The notes under the pieces: model-generated
Told to the model about the DNA's origin: nothing
Database searches by the model: none
Seen by the model: the letters and a program-made list of their open reading frames with translations, nothing else
Assembly: GCA_016716465.1 (NCBI GenBank)
Contig: JADJWH010000007.1
Coordinates: 143,427-207,426 of the forward strand
Reading direction: 5' to 3'
Source of the DNA: Gammaproteobacteria bacterium
Lineage (GTDB): Bacteria > Pseudomonadota > Gammaproteobacteria > SZUA-140
DNA length: 64,000 bases
Part shown: in pieces, positions 43,598 to 53,218 of the stretch
How positions within the stretch are numbered: the stretch's first letter is position 1
Layout: each line of letters begins with the position of its first letter
Program-made: the position numbers and the translations under genes

Positions 43598-46324
43598 TTA
43601 CTGCGTCACACTGATCCAGTTGATGTTGACGCTGCCGCTCTCGATCTGCAGGCGCAGCACCTGCTGGCCGGCGCTGAGATTCACGGCCTTGCTGATCGTC
43701 TGCCAGTTCGTCCAGCCGCCGGTATTCGGCACCGCGACCGCGCCGGAGACGTCGGCGCCGTTCATCAGGACGCGCAGGCGCTTGTTATTAGCCGCGGTGG
43801 CGACCCTGAAATTCAGGGTATAAGCGCCCGCTTGCGCCACGTTGACCGTGTACTCCAGCCATTCGCCCGAGGTCGTGGCGCCCACCATGTACGCGCCGTT
43901 CACATCCGACGCGCTCCAGATATCCACGTCATCATCGCGGTAGATATTGCCCGCGTTGCCGCTCGTGGCGTCCGCGTAGGCGATGCCGCCGCCGCCGGTG
44001 TCGTAATCCTCGGCCTGAATGACGCCGGGCAAGGCCCAGGCGCTGCCGCCGAACGGCGCCTGACCGCTTGGCGGCGGGGTCGAGGTTCCCTGCAGCTCCA
44101 GATAGTCGATATTGAAGCTGCCGCTATCGACCTGCAGGCGCAAGACCTGCTGGCCGGCGCTGAGATTCACGGCTTTGCTGATCGTCTGCCAGGTCGTCCA
44201 GCCGCCGGTGTTCGGCACCGCGACCGCGCCGGTAAGATCGACTCCGTTCGACAGTACGCGCAGCTGCTTGCCATTGGCCGCGGTGGCGACCCGGAGATTC
44301 AGGGTGTAAGCGCCCGCTTGCGCCACGTTGACCGTGTACTCCAGCCATTCGCCGTTGGACATGGCGCCGACCATGTAGTTGCTGTCGCCCGTGATGGACC
44401 ACATATCCACGTCGTCATTGCGGTAGATGTTGCCCGCATTGCCATTGGTGCTGTCGGAGTAGGCGACGTCGCTCCCGCCCGTGTCGTAATTTTCCGCCTG
44501 GATGATGCCGGGCACGGCCCACGGCGTACCGCCAAACGGCGCCTGTCCACCGCTGGGCGGCGGCGTGGAGCTGCTCTGGAATTGCATGTAGTCGATGTTG
44601 AAGCTGCCGTTGTCCACCTGCAGGCGCAGAACCTGCGGGCCGGCATTCAGGGTGACCGGCATGCTCACCGTCGTCCAGTTTTCCCAGTTGCCGGTATTGG
44701 GTACCGATATCGTGCCGGTGATGTCGGCGCCATTCATCAGAAGGCGGAACTGCTTGCCGTTGGCTGCCGTCACGACGGGCATGGTCAGGGTATACTGGCC
44801 CGACTGCGCGACATTGACGCTGTATTCCAGCCATTCCCCCGTCTTGGTCGTGCCGACGTAGAGGGCGCCGTCCGCGGCCCGGGTCCAGATATCCACGTTG
44901 TCGCTGCGATAGACGCCGCCGGCGTTGCCGTTGGTGGTGTCGTTGAACGCCACGCCGGATCCGCCCAGATCATAGTTCTCGGCCTCGATCTTGCCCGGGA
45001 TCTGCCACACCGAGCCACCGTACGGCGACTGCTGAGCCCCGCCACCGCCGGTATCGATCGTAAAGGTCCGGGAAACCACCGAGCTGTCGTTATATCCGTC
45101 CAGTTTGGCGATGGCCCTGACCGTGGTGGTCGAGGTCAAAGTGAACGGGCCGCCGTAGGGCGTGGAGCTTCCGGTCGGGGTACTGCCGTTGGTGGTGTAA
45201 TAGATCGTCGCGCCCGGTGTCGAGCTTGTGAGCTGCACGGTGACGGAATCCTGGTGCGTGCCGCCATTGGGGTTGAAGCTGGGGTCGCTGACCGTAGGGG
45301 TCTCGCCGCCGCCCGAACCGGCCCTGGAGTAGACATCGATCTTGTCGAACAGGGGGCCGGCTGTGTATTCCACCGCGCGCAGGCGCACGGTATTGTTGCC
45401 GGGGTTCAGGTTTACCAACCAGTCATGGCTGGCCCAGCTCGAAACGCGCCCGGTAGCGGCCGGCTTCACCAGGCCCTGGCTGACCCCGTTTACCAGAAGT
45501 TCGACGTTCTTAACGTTACCCTCGTGAGCGTAACGCATGGAGATAACGCGTTGGCCACCGGAAGTTCCGCCGCTGACATTGGTCCACTGGACATAGCCGT
45601 TGTTATTCGGCTTGAAGAACCCACTGCCGGTATAGTCGGGTTCATTGGTCTGGATGGCGCCATTTGAAATCGTGCCGTTTTCCGCCTGGTAGGAGGCGAG
45701 CAGACTGCCGCGATTGGGGAATTCGCGCAGCGTCAGGGAGGCGTCGTCCCAGTAGCTGACACCGCCTGTTACATCCCACCAGATTCTGAACCCGGCGTCG
45801 ACCTTCGAGGCCGTGGAGGGCGCCTGGAGGTGGATGGTCGAAGGGAACCAGTCATAGGTTCCATACGGCCCCCACATATACATCTCTTTTGCCAGCGCGG
45901 CATTGGAGGCATCCCTCCAGCGCACCACCGCGAGTGGTTTCCCACCCGCGCCATTGCCCGCGACGTTATCGCCTTTGACATATACGGTGTAGACATACTC
46001 GGCGCCGGGGGTGATCCCGGGAATGCGCGCCTGAGTGATGTTCGTCTGGGTCTGCGAGGGGTTGCTGTTACCATTGTGGGTCAGCTTTATCGAGCGGTTC
46101 CCGCTGTGCGCGACTCCGTTGACCACGGCCCCGTTGGCGGTATTGGAAACCCACGCTGTACCGGTTTCCATTGAAGCATCGGGGATGATGTTGGCCGGGG
46201 CCGCGCCATGGGCGGGAAGCGCGATCAGCCCTAGGAGAATAGCGGTGGTCCCCAACCCCATCAGAGGACGGGAGAGATCCTTCCGCAGGCTCCGGATATA
46301 TTTCAACATGATTGTTATCCTCAC
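43598..46324 (-). CDS. Secreted multi-CBM lectin-like protein: CBM4_9-like N-terminal module, divergent CBM6/35-like module, CHB_HEX_C-like Ig module, four tandem CBM6 modules; no catalytic domain recognised
   Basis: Signal peptide. Four repeats of the PFGG(T/S)(P/A)WA.PG.I.AE.YD.GG...NTGGWT.WQTIS..V.L.AGQQVLRLQ consensus. Confidence 0.8.
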   Translation of the reverse strand: MRITIMLKYIRSLRKDLSRPLMGLGTTAILLGLIALPAHGAAPANIIPDASMETGTAWVSNTANGAVVNGVAHSGNRSIKLTHNGNSNPSQTQTNITQARIPGITPGAEYVYTVYVKGDNVAGNGAGGKPLAVVRWRDASNAALAKEMYMWGPYGTYDWFPSTIHLQAPSTASKVDAGFRIWWDVTGGVSYWDDASLTLREFPNRGSLLASYQAENGTISNGAIQTNEPDYTGSGFFKPNNNGYVQWTNVSGGTSGGQRVISMRYAHEGNVKNVELLVNGVSQGLVKPAATGRVSSWASHDWLVNLNPGNNTVRLRAVEYTAGPLFDKIDVYSRAGSGGGETPTVSDPSFNPNGGTHQDSVTVQLTSSTPGATIYYTTNGSTPTGSSTPYGGPFTLTSTTTVRAIAKLDGYNDSSVVSRTFTIDTGGGGAQQSPYGGSVWQIPGKIEAENYDLGGSGVAFNDTTNGNAGGVYRSDNVDIWTRAADGALYVGTTKTGEWLEYSVNVAQSGQYTLTMPVVTAANGKQFRLLMNGADITGTISVPNTGNWENWTTVSMPVTLNAGPQVLRLQVDNGSFNIDYMQFQSSSTPPPSGGQAPFGGTPWAVPGIIQAENYDTGGSDVAYSDSTNGNAGNIYRNDDVDMWSITGDSNYMVGAMSNGEWLEYTVNVAQAGAYTLNLRVATAANGKQLRVLSNGVDLTGAVAVPNTGGWTTWQTISKAVNLSAGQQVLRLQVDSGSFNIDYLELQGTSTPPPSGQAPFGGSAWALPGVIQAEDYDTGGGGIAYADATSGNAGNIYRDDDVDIWSASDVNGAYMVGATTSGEWLEYTVNVAQAGAYTLNFRVATAANNKRLRVLMNGADVSGAVAVPNTGGWTNWQTISKAVNLSAGQQVLRLQIESGSVNINWISVTQ

Positions 46325-46717
46325 TATATTGATAGCAAATAACTTTCCGGATCGTCTGATGGCGCAGAGAAGATATGCTTGTCAGCCGTTTCTTGAGACG
46401 GGCAAATGAAGGATTCAGTTCCTCACTTTTTGCACGATTGCGACGAGAAAGCCCGATACTTCCACCTCAGGACCCAAAATTGCCAGCCAAAGATACCATG
46501 CGTCGAATTCGTGTGACAACATTCTGACGCCGGATTTTTATGACGATTTTATGGCGATGAATCGGTAAATACGAGGGTTTGCGAGATGGTCTCACGAGTT
46601 TTCGGCAACTGAGTGGAGATCGGGGTTGGATATTCCTTATAGATTTATAGAGGGTGGAGAGCATAAGTTATTATGATTACAGGGAAATGCTTGCATCGAT
46701 CCCGGATTCGGGGAGAA

Positions 46718-46723
46718 TATAAT
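46718..46723 (+). promoter_or_regulatory. TATAAT -10 hexamer in the divergent intergenic region upstream of the sulfotransferase at 46804
   Basis: Read directly. No convincing -35 at 17-bp spacing. Confidence 0.15.
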
Positions 46724-46803
46724 CGGCTCCAGGGCCTTTGAGTTTTCTGGATGCCAGTCTTTACAAGAACAATAAGCAATTAATTATTCAGGGGCTTTTC
46801 GAG

Positions 46804-47751
46804 ATGTCCTTTTTCAACAGAATCAAACGGATTCTCAAGCATGGGCTTGAGGGTGTTCGTGGGGAACAACACCCATTTCTTATCGCATCAGAGCCGATAA
46901 AGGTATCCAGAGAGGCCATCGAGGTAGCGCGGACCATTCGGGGAGAGCGCCCGCCGGCGCTGATCATCCACGGCGTGATGCCAAGGTCCGGAACGGTATA
47001 TACCGGCGAGCTACTGCGTCTGCATCCGGATCTGCACGCCTATCCCAATGAATTATGGGAAGTTCCCTTTCTGGAGCTGACCGGCGATATCCTCAGGACC
47101 CAAGAGCATTTTTTCCGGGCCTACCGGCAGAACATCAGCCGAATGGGTAACAAGGATTTTCTACCCCTGTTCGGTGCCGCGTTCATTGCCTATCTATACA
47201 GCTTCGTCCCCCCCGGCAAGCGCATGCTGCTCAAGATTCCGGATGTGCAGTATTTGAATCATTTCTATACGGTATTTCCCCATGAAACCCCGCTGTTGTT
47301 GCTGCGGGATGGGCGGGATCTGGTGGCCTCGACAATAAACTCCTGGCCGGGTAGACGTTTCGATGAGGTATGTCAATTGTGGGCAAACAGCGCCAGGATG
47401 ATGCTGGCGTTTCAGCGTCAGTATCCGCGGGAGGAATACGAGTACCTGACGATGAAGTACGAAGACGTCGTATTGGCTCCGGAGGCGTTTGTGACCGCCG
47501 CTTGCAAAACTTATGGGCTCGATCAGTCGATATATCCCTATGGCCAGATCAAGGATCTACCGGTCAGGGGATCATCCACGGTAAAGGAATTGCAGAGGGG
47601 GGGCGTGTCCTGGGATCCGATGGATAAGCCGGATAACTTTAAGTCCGTCGGGCATTGGAGCGAGTGGCCGTCAAGCCGGAAGCGTATCTTCAAGGGGATC
47701 TCAGGGCAGGTTCTATTGGAGACGGGTTATTGTAAGGATCTGGACTGGTAA
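46804..47751 (+). CDS. Sulfotransferase family protein
   Basis: 5'-PSB-like loop IIHGVMPRSGTVYTG. LLLRDGRDLVAS 3'-PB-like motif. Start at the internal ATG rather than the track start 46738. Confidence 0.7.
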   Translation: MSFFNRIKRILKHGLEGVRGEQHPFLIASEPIKVSREAIEVARTIRGERPPALIIHGVMPRSGTVYTGELLRLHPDLHAYPNELWEVPFLELTGDILRTQEHFFRAYRQNISRMGNKDFLPLFGAAFIAYLYSFVPPGKRMLLKIPDVQYLNHFYTVFPHETPLLLLRDGRDLVASTINSWPGRRFDEVCQLWANSARMMLAFQRQYPREEYEYLTMKYEDVVLAPEAFVTAACKTYGLDQSIYPYGQIKDLPVRGSSTVKELQRGGVSWDPMDKPDNFKSVGHWSEWPSSRKRIFKGISGQVLLETGYCKDLDW

Positions 47752-48064
47752 TTGATATATAAATGGTGCCGAACAGGCCATGGACAATTTTATCTGCTGG
47801 CTAAAGTTGAGCGGTTTGATATTGATCCAATACTCAGAATCTTTCTCTGTTGAGTTTATAACAAAATAACGCCACGCGTGGTTTCATGTGTTCTATTATC
47901 GCTTTACAACTAATTGATTCCTTTGGCATGTAGTCGGATGCATTAAAGGTTGCCACTGACTAAACGATAGAGGCGGCGTATATGCTATTTGTCGATTATC
48001 CATCCCTCCCAGCACAGCTACATGCTGCGTAACGCATTGGGCTATATAACGTCAGCCTTGTCTT

Positions 48065-48073
48065 GGGGGGGGG
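48065..48073 (+). repeat. Homopolymeric G9 tract in the AT-rich intergenic region upstream of the first island glycosyltransferase
   Basis: Read directly (cttgtcttGGGGGGGGGcactt). It is the longest homopolymer in the window. Confidence 0.9.
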
Positions 48074-48244
48074 CACTTATGTTATGAAAAATGCTCGATT
48101 GATCTGGACACTCTTTGAGGGGAAGGCCACCAGATCATCGGCAAACAGCCAAGTCGTTTTAATGAGTTGAACGCAAGGCATACTTTAAATAGAAGAGTTT
48201 TTCTAAAAGCTTGTGACGAAATTTTCGGAATATGAGACGCTCCA

Positions 48245-49363
48245 ATGCCTTCCAGTGCTAGAAAATTAAAGCTCTGCTTCGTTATTCCCAGCCACTGGGC
48301 GGGAAGTTACGGTGGCGCCGAGCAGCAGGTGCGTCTATTGATCGACGCGCTTATTCAACAAAAGAGGTTCGAGTTAACCTATATCACCAGAAAGGCCAGC
48401 GAGAGCTACAAGCCAGAAGGATACGTCATAGAAAAGGTCAAGTCGGGCTTGCTTGCCGAGAAGCTAGGACTATTTCTCGATGCGCGCGCGCTATTGGCGG
48501 CACTGAACAAGATTAGGCCAGATGTAATATATCAGCGCATGGGGTGTTCATATACAGGAATCGCCGCTTTTTATGCTAAAAAGAACAGCTGCCGAATGAT
48601 TTGGCACATCGCGAACGATGTGAACGTATTGCCATTCCATCTGGATAAAAACAAATCCTATAACATCGTTTCCAGATATCTGGAGAAAAAGATTTTGGAG
48701 TATGGCATAAGGAATAGCGGTGGCATCATCGCGCAAACGAATCAGCAGGCTGAGATGCTCAGGACCTATTATGGTTGTACTGCCGAGCAGGTGATCCCGA
48801 ATTTCCAGCCTATCAGTGTGGCTTCGAGGAAGCGAAATGATTTGATCAAGGTTGTGTGGGTGGCAAATCTCAAGCCTGCAAAACGGCCAGAGCTATTCGT
48901 AAATCTTGCCAATGAATTGCATTCTAATTCCGGGATTGAATTCATAATGATTGGCCGCTCAGGCCATTCGGCCTGGCACAAAGATCTGATGGGCAGGATA
49001 AAGAGCGCCGCCCATCTCAGGTATCTGGGTGAGCTTCCGCAGGATGAGGTCAATGCCATCTTATCGGAGGCACATATTTTCGTGAATACCAGTGAATACG
49101 AAGGCTTCCCCAATACCTTTATTCAGGCATGGATGCGGGAGGTGCCCGTAGTAAGTCTAGAGATAAATCCTGATGGCATTTTTAACGATCGCAGGGTCGG
49201 TTTTTTCTCTGGAAACTATAAGCAGATGTGTGCGGATGTTTTAACGATTGCATCTGATGAGAGGCTGAGATCCGATATGGGGTCGCATGCCAGGAGGCAT
49301 GCCATGAAAAATCATTCTTTGGATAATATTTCCAGAATCATGGAAGTTATCGAGTCTGGATGA
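48245..49363 (+). CDS. Glycosyltransferase family 1 (GT4-type); first gene of the low-GC island
   Basis: VNTSEYEGFPNTFIQAWMREVPVVS E-x7-E motif. Confidence 0.8.
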   Translation: MPSSARKLKLCFVIPSHWAGSYGGAEQQVRLLIDALIQQKRFELTYITRKASESYKPEGYVIEKVKSGLLAEKLGLFLDARALLAALNKIRPDVIYQRMGCSYTGIAAFYAKKNSCRMIWHIANDVNVLPFHLDKNKSYNIVSRYLEKKILEYGIRNSGGIIAQTNQQAEMLRTYYGCTAEQVIPNFQPISVASRKRNDLIKVVWVANLKPAKRPELFVNLANELHSNSGIEFIMIGRSGHSAWHKDLMGRIKSAAHLRYLGELPQDEVNAILSEAHIFVNTSEYEGFPNTFIQAWMREVPVVSLEINPDGIFNDRRVGFFSGNYKQMCADVLTIASDERLRSDMGSHARRHAMKNHSLDNISRIMEVIESG

Positions 49364-49501
49364 ATATTATGGTGATGCCAAAAAGTCTACTGATTCGACT
49401 CTGCCGGTCCGATATCAAGCCCATTACTGGGAATAATCAGAGCACTTAGGGCAAGCACTTTCTAATCGGTCTAGGAAAATGATCGTGGCGGAGTTATTGA
49501 A

Positions 49502-50671
49502 GTGAAGGCAATCTTAAAAAAGATAATATGGATGGACCCAGATCGGTTTGATTTGAAGCCAAATAAAAGTCCGATGATAGAAATGTCGCGGGCTTTGACG
49601 CAGGAGGGATTTGACGTAGTAATCGTGACTGGATACGGAAAGAACCCATATCAGATCAGGGACTCGAGCATTGCTATCGTCAGTCTTTCGTCCATCAATT
49701 TATCCTTTCTGTTCAGATATAGTCTCATGATGAACATGCTGATATGGACGGCTTTCAACGCTAAAAGAGACGATATCTTCATTTTGAACCAGACGACTCT
49801 ACTGCTTTCGCCAGTTTTGCGTCTTCTCGGATTCTCCAATCTTCATCTGGACATTCGCACACTTCCCCTGAGGGCAAATAAATCCTGGAAGAAAAGGATA
49901 GATCGATTCTTGTTCTGGACTTTTCCTCTCATGATGTTTGTTCGATTGGTCAGAAGTTATTCATTTATAACCAACCGATTGAGGCTGGCGATCCAGGAAG
50001 AGTTTAGCATCACATTTGATGATTACGTTATCTGGCAGTCCGGCGTTAATACGAGGGTTTTCAAGCCGATTGAAAATAATAAGGTACGTGCGGCAGATAA
50101 CAGATATACGATTTTTTACCATGGAAGCATCTACGGAAATCGTGGCGTGGATAATCTTATTGATGCGATGTCAATTTTAAGGCCTGCATATAAAGATAAT
50201 GTGCGTCTGGTAATTGTCGGGCCAGTGTTGGATAAGATTGGCTTGGAGGGGCTTATCAATAAGCAAGGATTGAGTGGCACTGTGTTTCTGGAGGGTATGG
50301 TTCCGTATGAAGAAATACCAGAAAGAATAGCGCAGGCGGATTGTTGTGTCTGTCCTTTGCCGGATCTAATCGAATGGAATGTCTCAAGTCCGTTGAAGGT
50401 TTTTGAATACATGGCGTGCGGCAGGCCCATTATATTGACGCCTATCCCCGCGCATAAGGACGTTGCTGATGGCTTGGACTATATCGTATGGGCAAAGGGA
50501 TCTCAGGCCGAGGATCTCAGTAATGCAATAGAGTACGCGTTTGATCACAAGGATGAATTGTCGCAGACGGCTATAAAAGCGTACGACCATGTAAAATCAG
50601 AATATGACTGGGAAGTTCAGGGTAGAAAGTTATCAGAATATCTGCTGAAGCGGCAGCAATTAGATGATTAA
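49502..50671 (+). CDS. Glycosyltransferase family 1 (GT4-type)
   Basis: PLKVFEYMACGRPIILTPIPAHKDV motif. GTG 49502 or ATG 49532 start. Confidence 0.75.
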   Translation: MKAILKKIIWMDPDRFDLKPNKSPMIEMSRALTQEGFDVVIVTGYGKNPYQIRDSSIAIVSLSSINLSFLFRYSLMMNMLIWTAFNAKRDDIFILNQTTLLLSPVLRLLGFSNLHLDIRTLPLRANKSWKKRIDRFLFWTFPLMMFVRLVRSYSFITNRLRLAIQEEFSITFDDYVIWQSGVNTRVFKPIENNKVRAADNRYTIFYHGSIYGNRGVDNLIDAMSILRPAYKDNVRLVIVGPVLDKIGLEGLINKQGLSGTVFLEGMVPYEEIPERIAQADCCVCPLPDLIEWNVSSPLKVFEYMACGRPIILTPIPAHKDVADGLDYIVWAKGSQAEDLSNAIEYAFDHKDELSQTAIKAYDHVKSEYDWEVQGRKLSEYLLKRQQLDD

Positions 50672-52016
50672 CAGGCTAGTTAATTTGATAATTTGCACTG
50701 TATTCTTCTCCAGTTTCCTAGCGTCAAATGTACAGAGAGAGCTTACGCTGCTTCCCGAAGTATTATCCTTCCTTATATTTGTGGTGGTGATTGTTAGGTT
50801 CGCTGCGCACAAGTCGATGTCGCTGAGCCCGAAGTATGTGATACTTGGCATATTGGTTTTTCTACATGTATTGACGGGATTAGTTGTGAACTCGGTTGCG
50901 CCGGGTACCTTGCTAACGGGTCTTCGCCCTTATGTAAAATGGCTGCCAGTGTTTCTTCTGCCAATGGTGTATCCATTTTCAGAAAAGGAAATCAGAAATC
51001 AGCTGAGACTAGTGTTAGTTCTGTCGATAATTCAGTGCCCCATTGCTCTTTATCAGAGATTCGTCCAGTACAGGGGGATGGCTACTGGCGACGTGGTCAC
51101 TGGAACGCTAGGCTTGGGCGCCTCAGGTGTGCTTTCTATTCTTATGCTTTCGGCGATAGCTGTGCTGTTAGCATATTTCATCAGAGAAAAGATACGTGCC
51201 GGGGCATTCGTTATTATATTGTGCATCCTGTTCTTGCCAACGATGATCAATGAAACAAAAGCTACGCTGGTACTTTTGCCTATCGTATTGATTATTCCAT
51301 ATCTATATGCATCCAGAAAAAAACTGTCAGCACTGCAGCTAGTAAGTATATCCGCAATATCCTTGTCACTATTGATTGGGTTCGTATATGTCTATGACCA
51401 GATTTCGGGTCAATTGGGGCGTGGAGCCAGCATTCTAGAATTTATAACCTCAGATCGCAGCACTTCTTATCTTTATAGTCAAAAAGAACTCTACAAAGAG
51501 AAGGACTTGTTGGAGCGTATTCAGATTGGCAGTATGGAACTCCCTAGAGATGTAATAGGTAGCAAAGAAGGTGGTGGTAGGATCGACAAAATACTTCTCC
51601 CGATTAATGTATTTTCTGATCGACCGTTAAAATTGTGGCTCGGACTTGGGGTGGGAAATGTATCGACCTCGATCCTAAATGTATTTTCCGGAGAGTATGC
51701 CGTACGTCTGGGCGCGGTTAGCGGCGAAATGCTGTTAACATTATTGTTGTGGGAAACAGGTGTTGGTGGCGTAATCCTCTTCGTTTTGTTTCTAATTTTC
51801 CTAATCGTTGATGCACATAAATTGTCGAGGTCGGGTGACTCTAGTGCAATTTTGGCATCTGGATGGCTGGGAGTATTGGCAGTTATTCTCATAGCTATGA
51901 CTTATATCAACATGTTTTATTTTAATACGTTGATATTCATGTTTTCTTATTTTTCTGGTTATGTGGCAGCAAAATCCGCATCCTTGAGATACAATTTTCA
52001 CAAAGAGAGCAGATGA
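50664..52016 (+). CDS. Polytopic membrane protein, O-antigen polymerase/ligase-like (Wzy family)
   Basis: About 10-12 predicted TM helices with a large periplasmic loop near the C-terminal third. 8-bp overlap with the upstream GT. Confidence 0.55.
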   Translation: MINRLVNLIICTVFFSSFLASNVQRELTLLPEVLSFLIFVVVIVRFAAHKSMSLSPKYVILGILVFLHVLTGLVVNSVAPGTLLTGLRPYVKWLPVFLLPMVYPFSEKEIRNQLRLVLVLSIIQCPIALYQRFVQYRGMATGDVVTGTLGLGASGVLSILMLSAIAVLLAYFIREKIRAGAFVIILCILFLPTMINETKATLVLLPIVLIIPYLYASRKKLSALQLVSISAISLSLLIGFVYVYDQISGQLGRGASILEFITSDRSTSYLYSQKELYKEKDLLERIQIGSMELPRDVIGSKEGGGRIDKILLPINVFSDRPLKLWLGLGVGNVSTSILNVFSGEYAVRLGAVSGEMLLTLLLWETGVGGVILFVLFLIFLIVDAHKLSRSGDSSAILASGWLGVLAVILIAMTYINMFYFNTLIFMFSYFSGYVAAKSASLRYNFHKESR

Positions 52017-52023
52017 GCGCGTC

Positions 52024-53139
52024 ATGAAAAAATATGCGTTCATCAAGATCAGGTCGAACCATGCCATTATTGACCAGATCATTAAAATCTTGGCGCATAC
52101 ATTTCCTGACTATCAATTGGATGTTATCGATATAAAAGACATTTTAAGGAATAAAATATTTTATGTATTTATTAATTTATTTCACGTTATAAAAATCTAT
52201 GGTTTCTCGACAATATTTGAAAGTAAGAGCGTTATTTATAACCGATTCTTTGGTACTCCCTATATGTATCATGTGATCAGTCGCCTGCTGGATTCTCATA
52301 TAGCGAAGGGTTATGCATTTACTATTCAAGATTGCTCGTTGTTCAACGGGAAGCAGCGTGATATCCCAAATTTCGTATATACAGATCATACGGTTCTAGC
52401 CAATAAAAACTACCCTTCCTATGATGAAAAAAGAGATTTGCTGGCGGAATCGTGGATAAACCTTGAGCGTAATATCTACAGCGAAGCAAGTATGGTGTTT
52501 ACGCGTTCTGAGGCGATCCGTAATTCGGTGATAAATGATTATTCTTGCGACCCTAGTAATGTTGAATGCGTTTATTTTGCGCCATTCATTACAACTAGGA
52601 GCGGGGTTGTAAATGCTGAAAAATACAAGAGAAAGAAGATATTATTTGTCGGCATTGAGTGGGAGAGGAAGGGTGGGCCTCAGTTGGTTGAGGCGTTCAA
52701 GCAGGTGCTGGAGGTCATTCCTGATGCCAGCCTAGTTGTCGTTGGTTGTGCTCCCACCATTTTGTTACCTAACGTGGAAGTGATTGGTCTTGTCGATAAA
52801 GAATACTTACCGCTCTATTATGAAAATGCCTCGGTATTTTGTTTGCCTACCCAACGCGAGCCATTCGGAATAGTCTTTATCGAAGCTATGAGCTACTCAT
52901 TGCCAGTTATAGGAACCAATATCGGTGCTCTTCCAGAGTTCATCCATGATGGCATCAATGGATATAAGGTCAATACTGGCGATGTAGACAGGTTGTCAGC
53001 TCTGCTCATAGAGCTGTTATCTGACCCGATCAAATGCGAACAATTAGGGAAAATGGGCTATGGTATCTACCATGAGAAATTTACGTTGGAAGGAGTTTCA
53101 TCTCTGCTCAACCACCATATAAGTCGGTTTATTGTATGA
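52024..53139 (+). CDS. Glycosyltransferase family 1 (GT4-type)
   Basis: FCLPTQREPFGIVFIEAMSYSLPVIGTNIGALPEFI motif. Confidence 0.8.
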   Translation: MKKYAFIKIRSNHAIIDQIIKILAHTFPDYQLDVIDIKDILRNKIFYVFINLFHVIKIYGFSTIFESKSVIYNRFFGTPYMYHVISRLLDSHIAKGYAFTIQDCSLFNGKQRDIPNFVYTDHTVLANKNYPSYDEKRDLLAESWINLERNIYSEASMVFTRSEAIRNSVINDYSCDPSNVECVYFAPFITTRSGVVNAEKYKRKKILFVGIEWERKGGPQLVEAFKQVLEVIPDASLVVVGCAPTILLPNVEVIGLVDKEYLPLYYENASVFCLPTQREPFGIVFIEAMSYSLPVIGTNIGALPEFIHDGINGYKVNTGDVDRLSALLIELLSDPIKCEQLGKMGYGIYHEKFTLEGVSSLLNHHISRFIV

Positions 53140-53218
53140 TTTCTAAGTGTTTAAATAAGTAAATGTGCGTGTCTCTATTATAATGGCTGAACTTTGAAAT
53201 AAGAATATTTCTAATCCA

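Noticed and set aside
47752-48244. tRNA gene, integrase or IS element at the low-GC island boundaries
   Set aside because: I scanned both AT-rich spacers by eye for a T-loop consensus (GTTCGAATC-like), long inverted repeats or transposase-like ORFs and found none. This cannot be excluded without tRNAscan/ISfinder.
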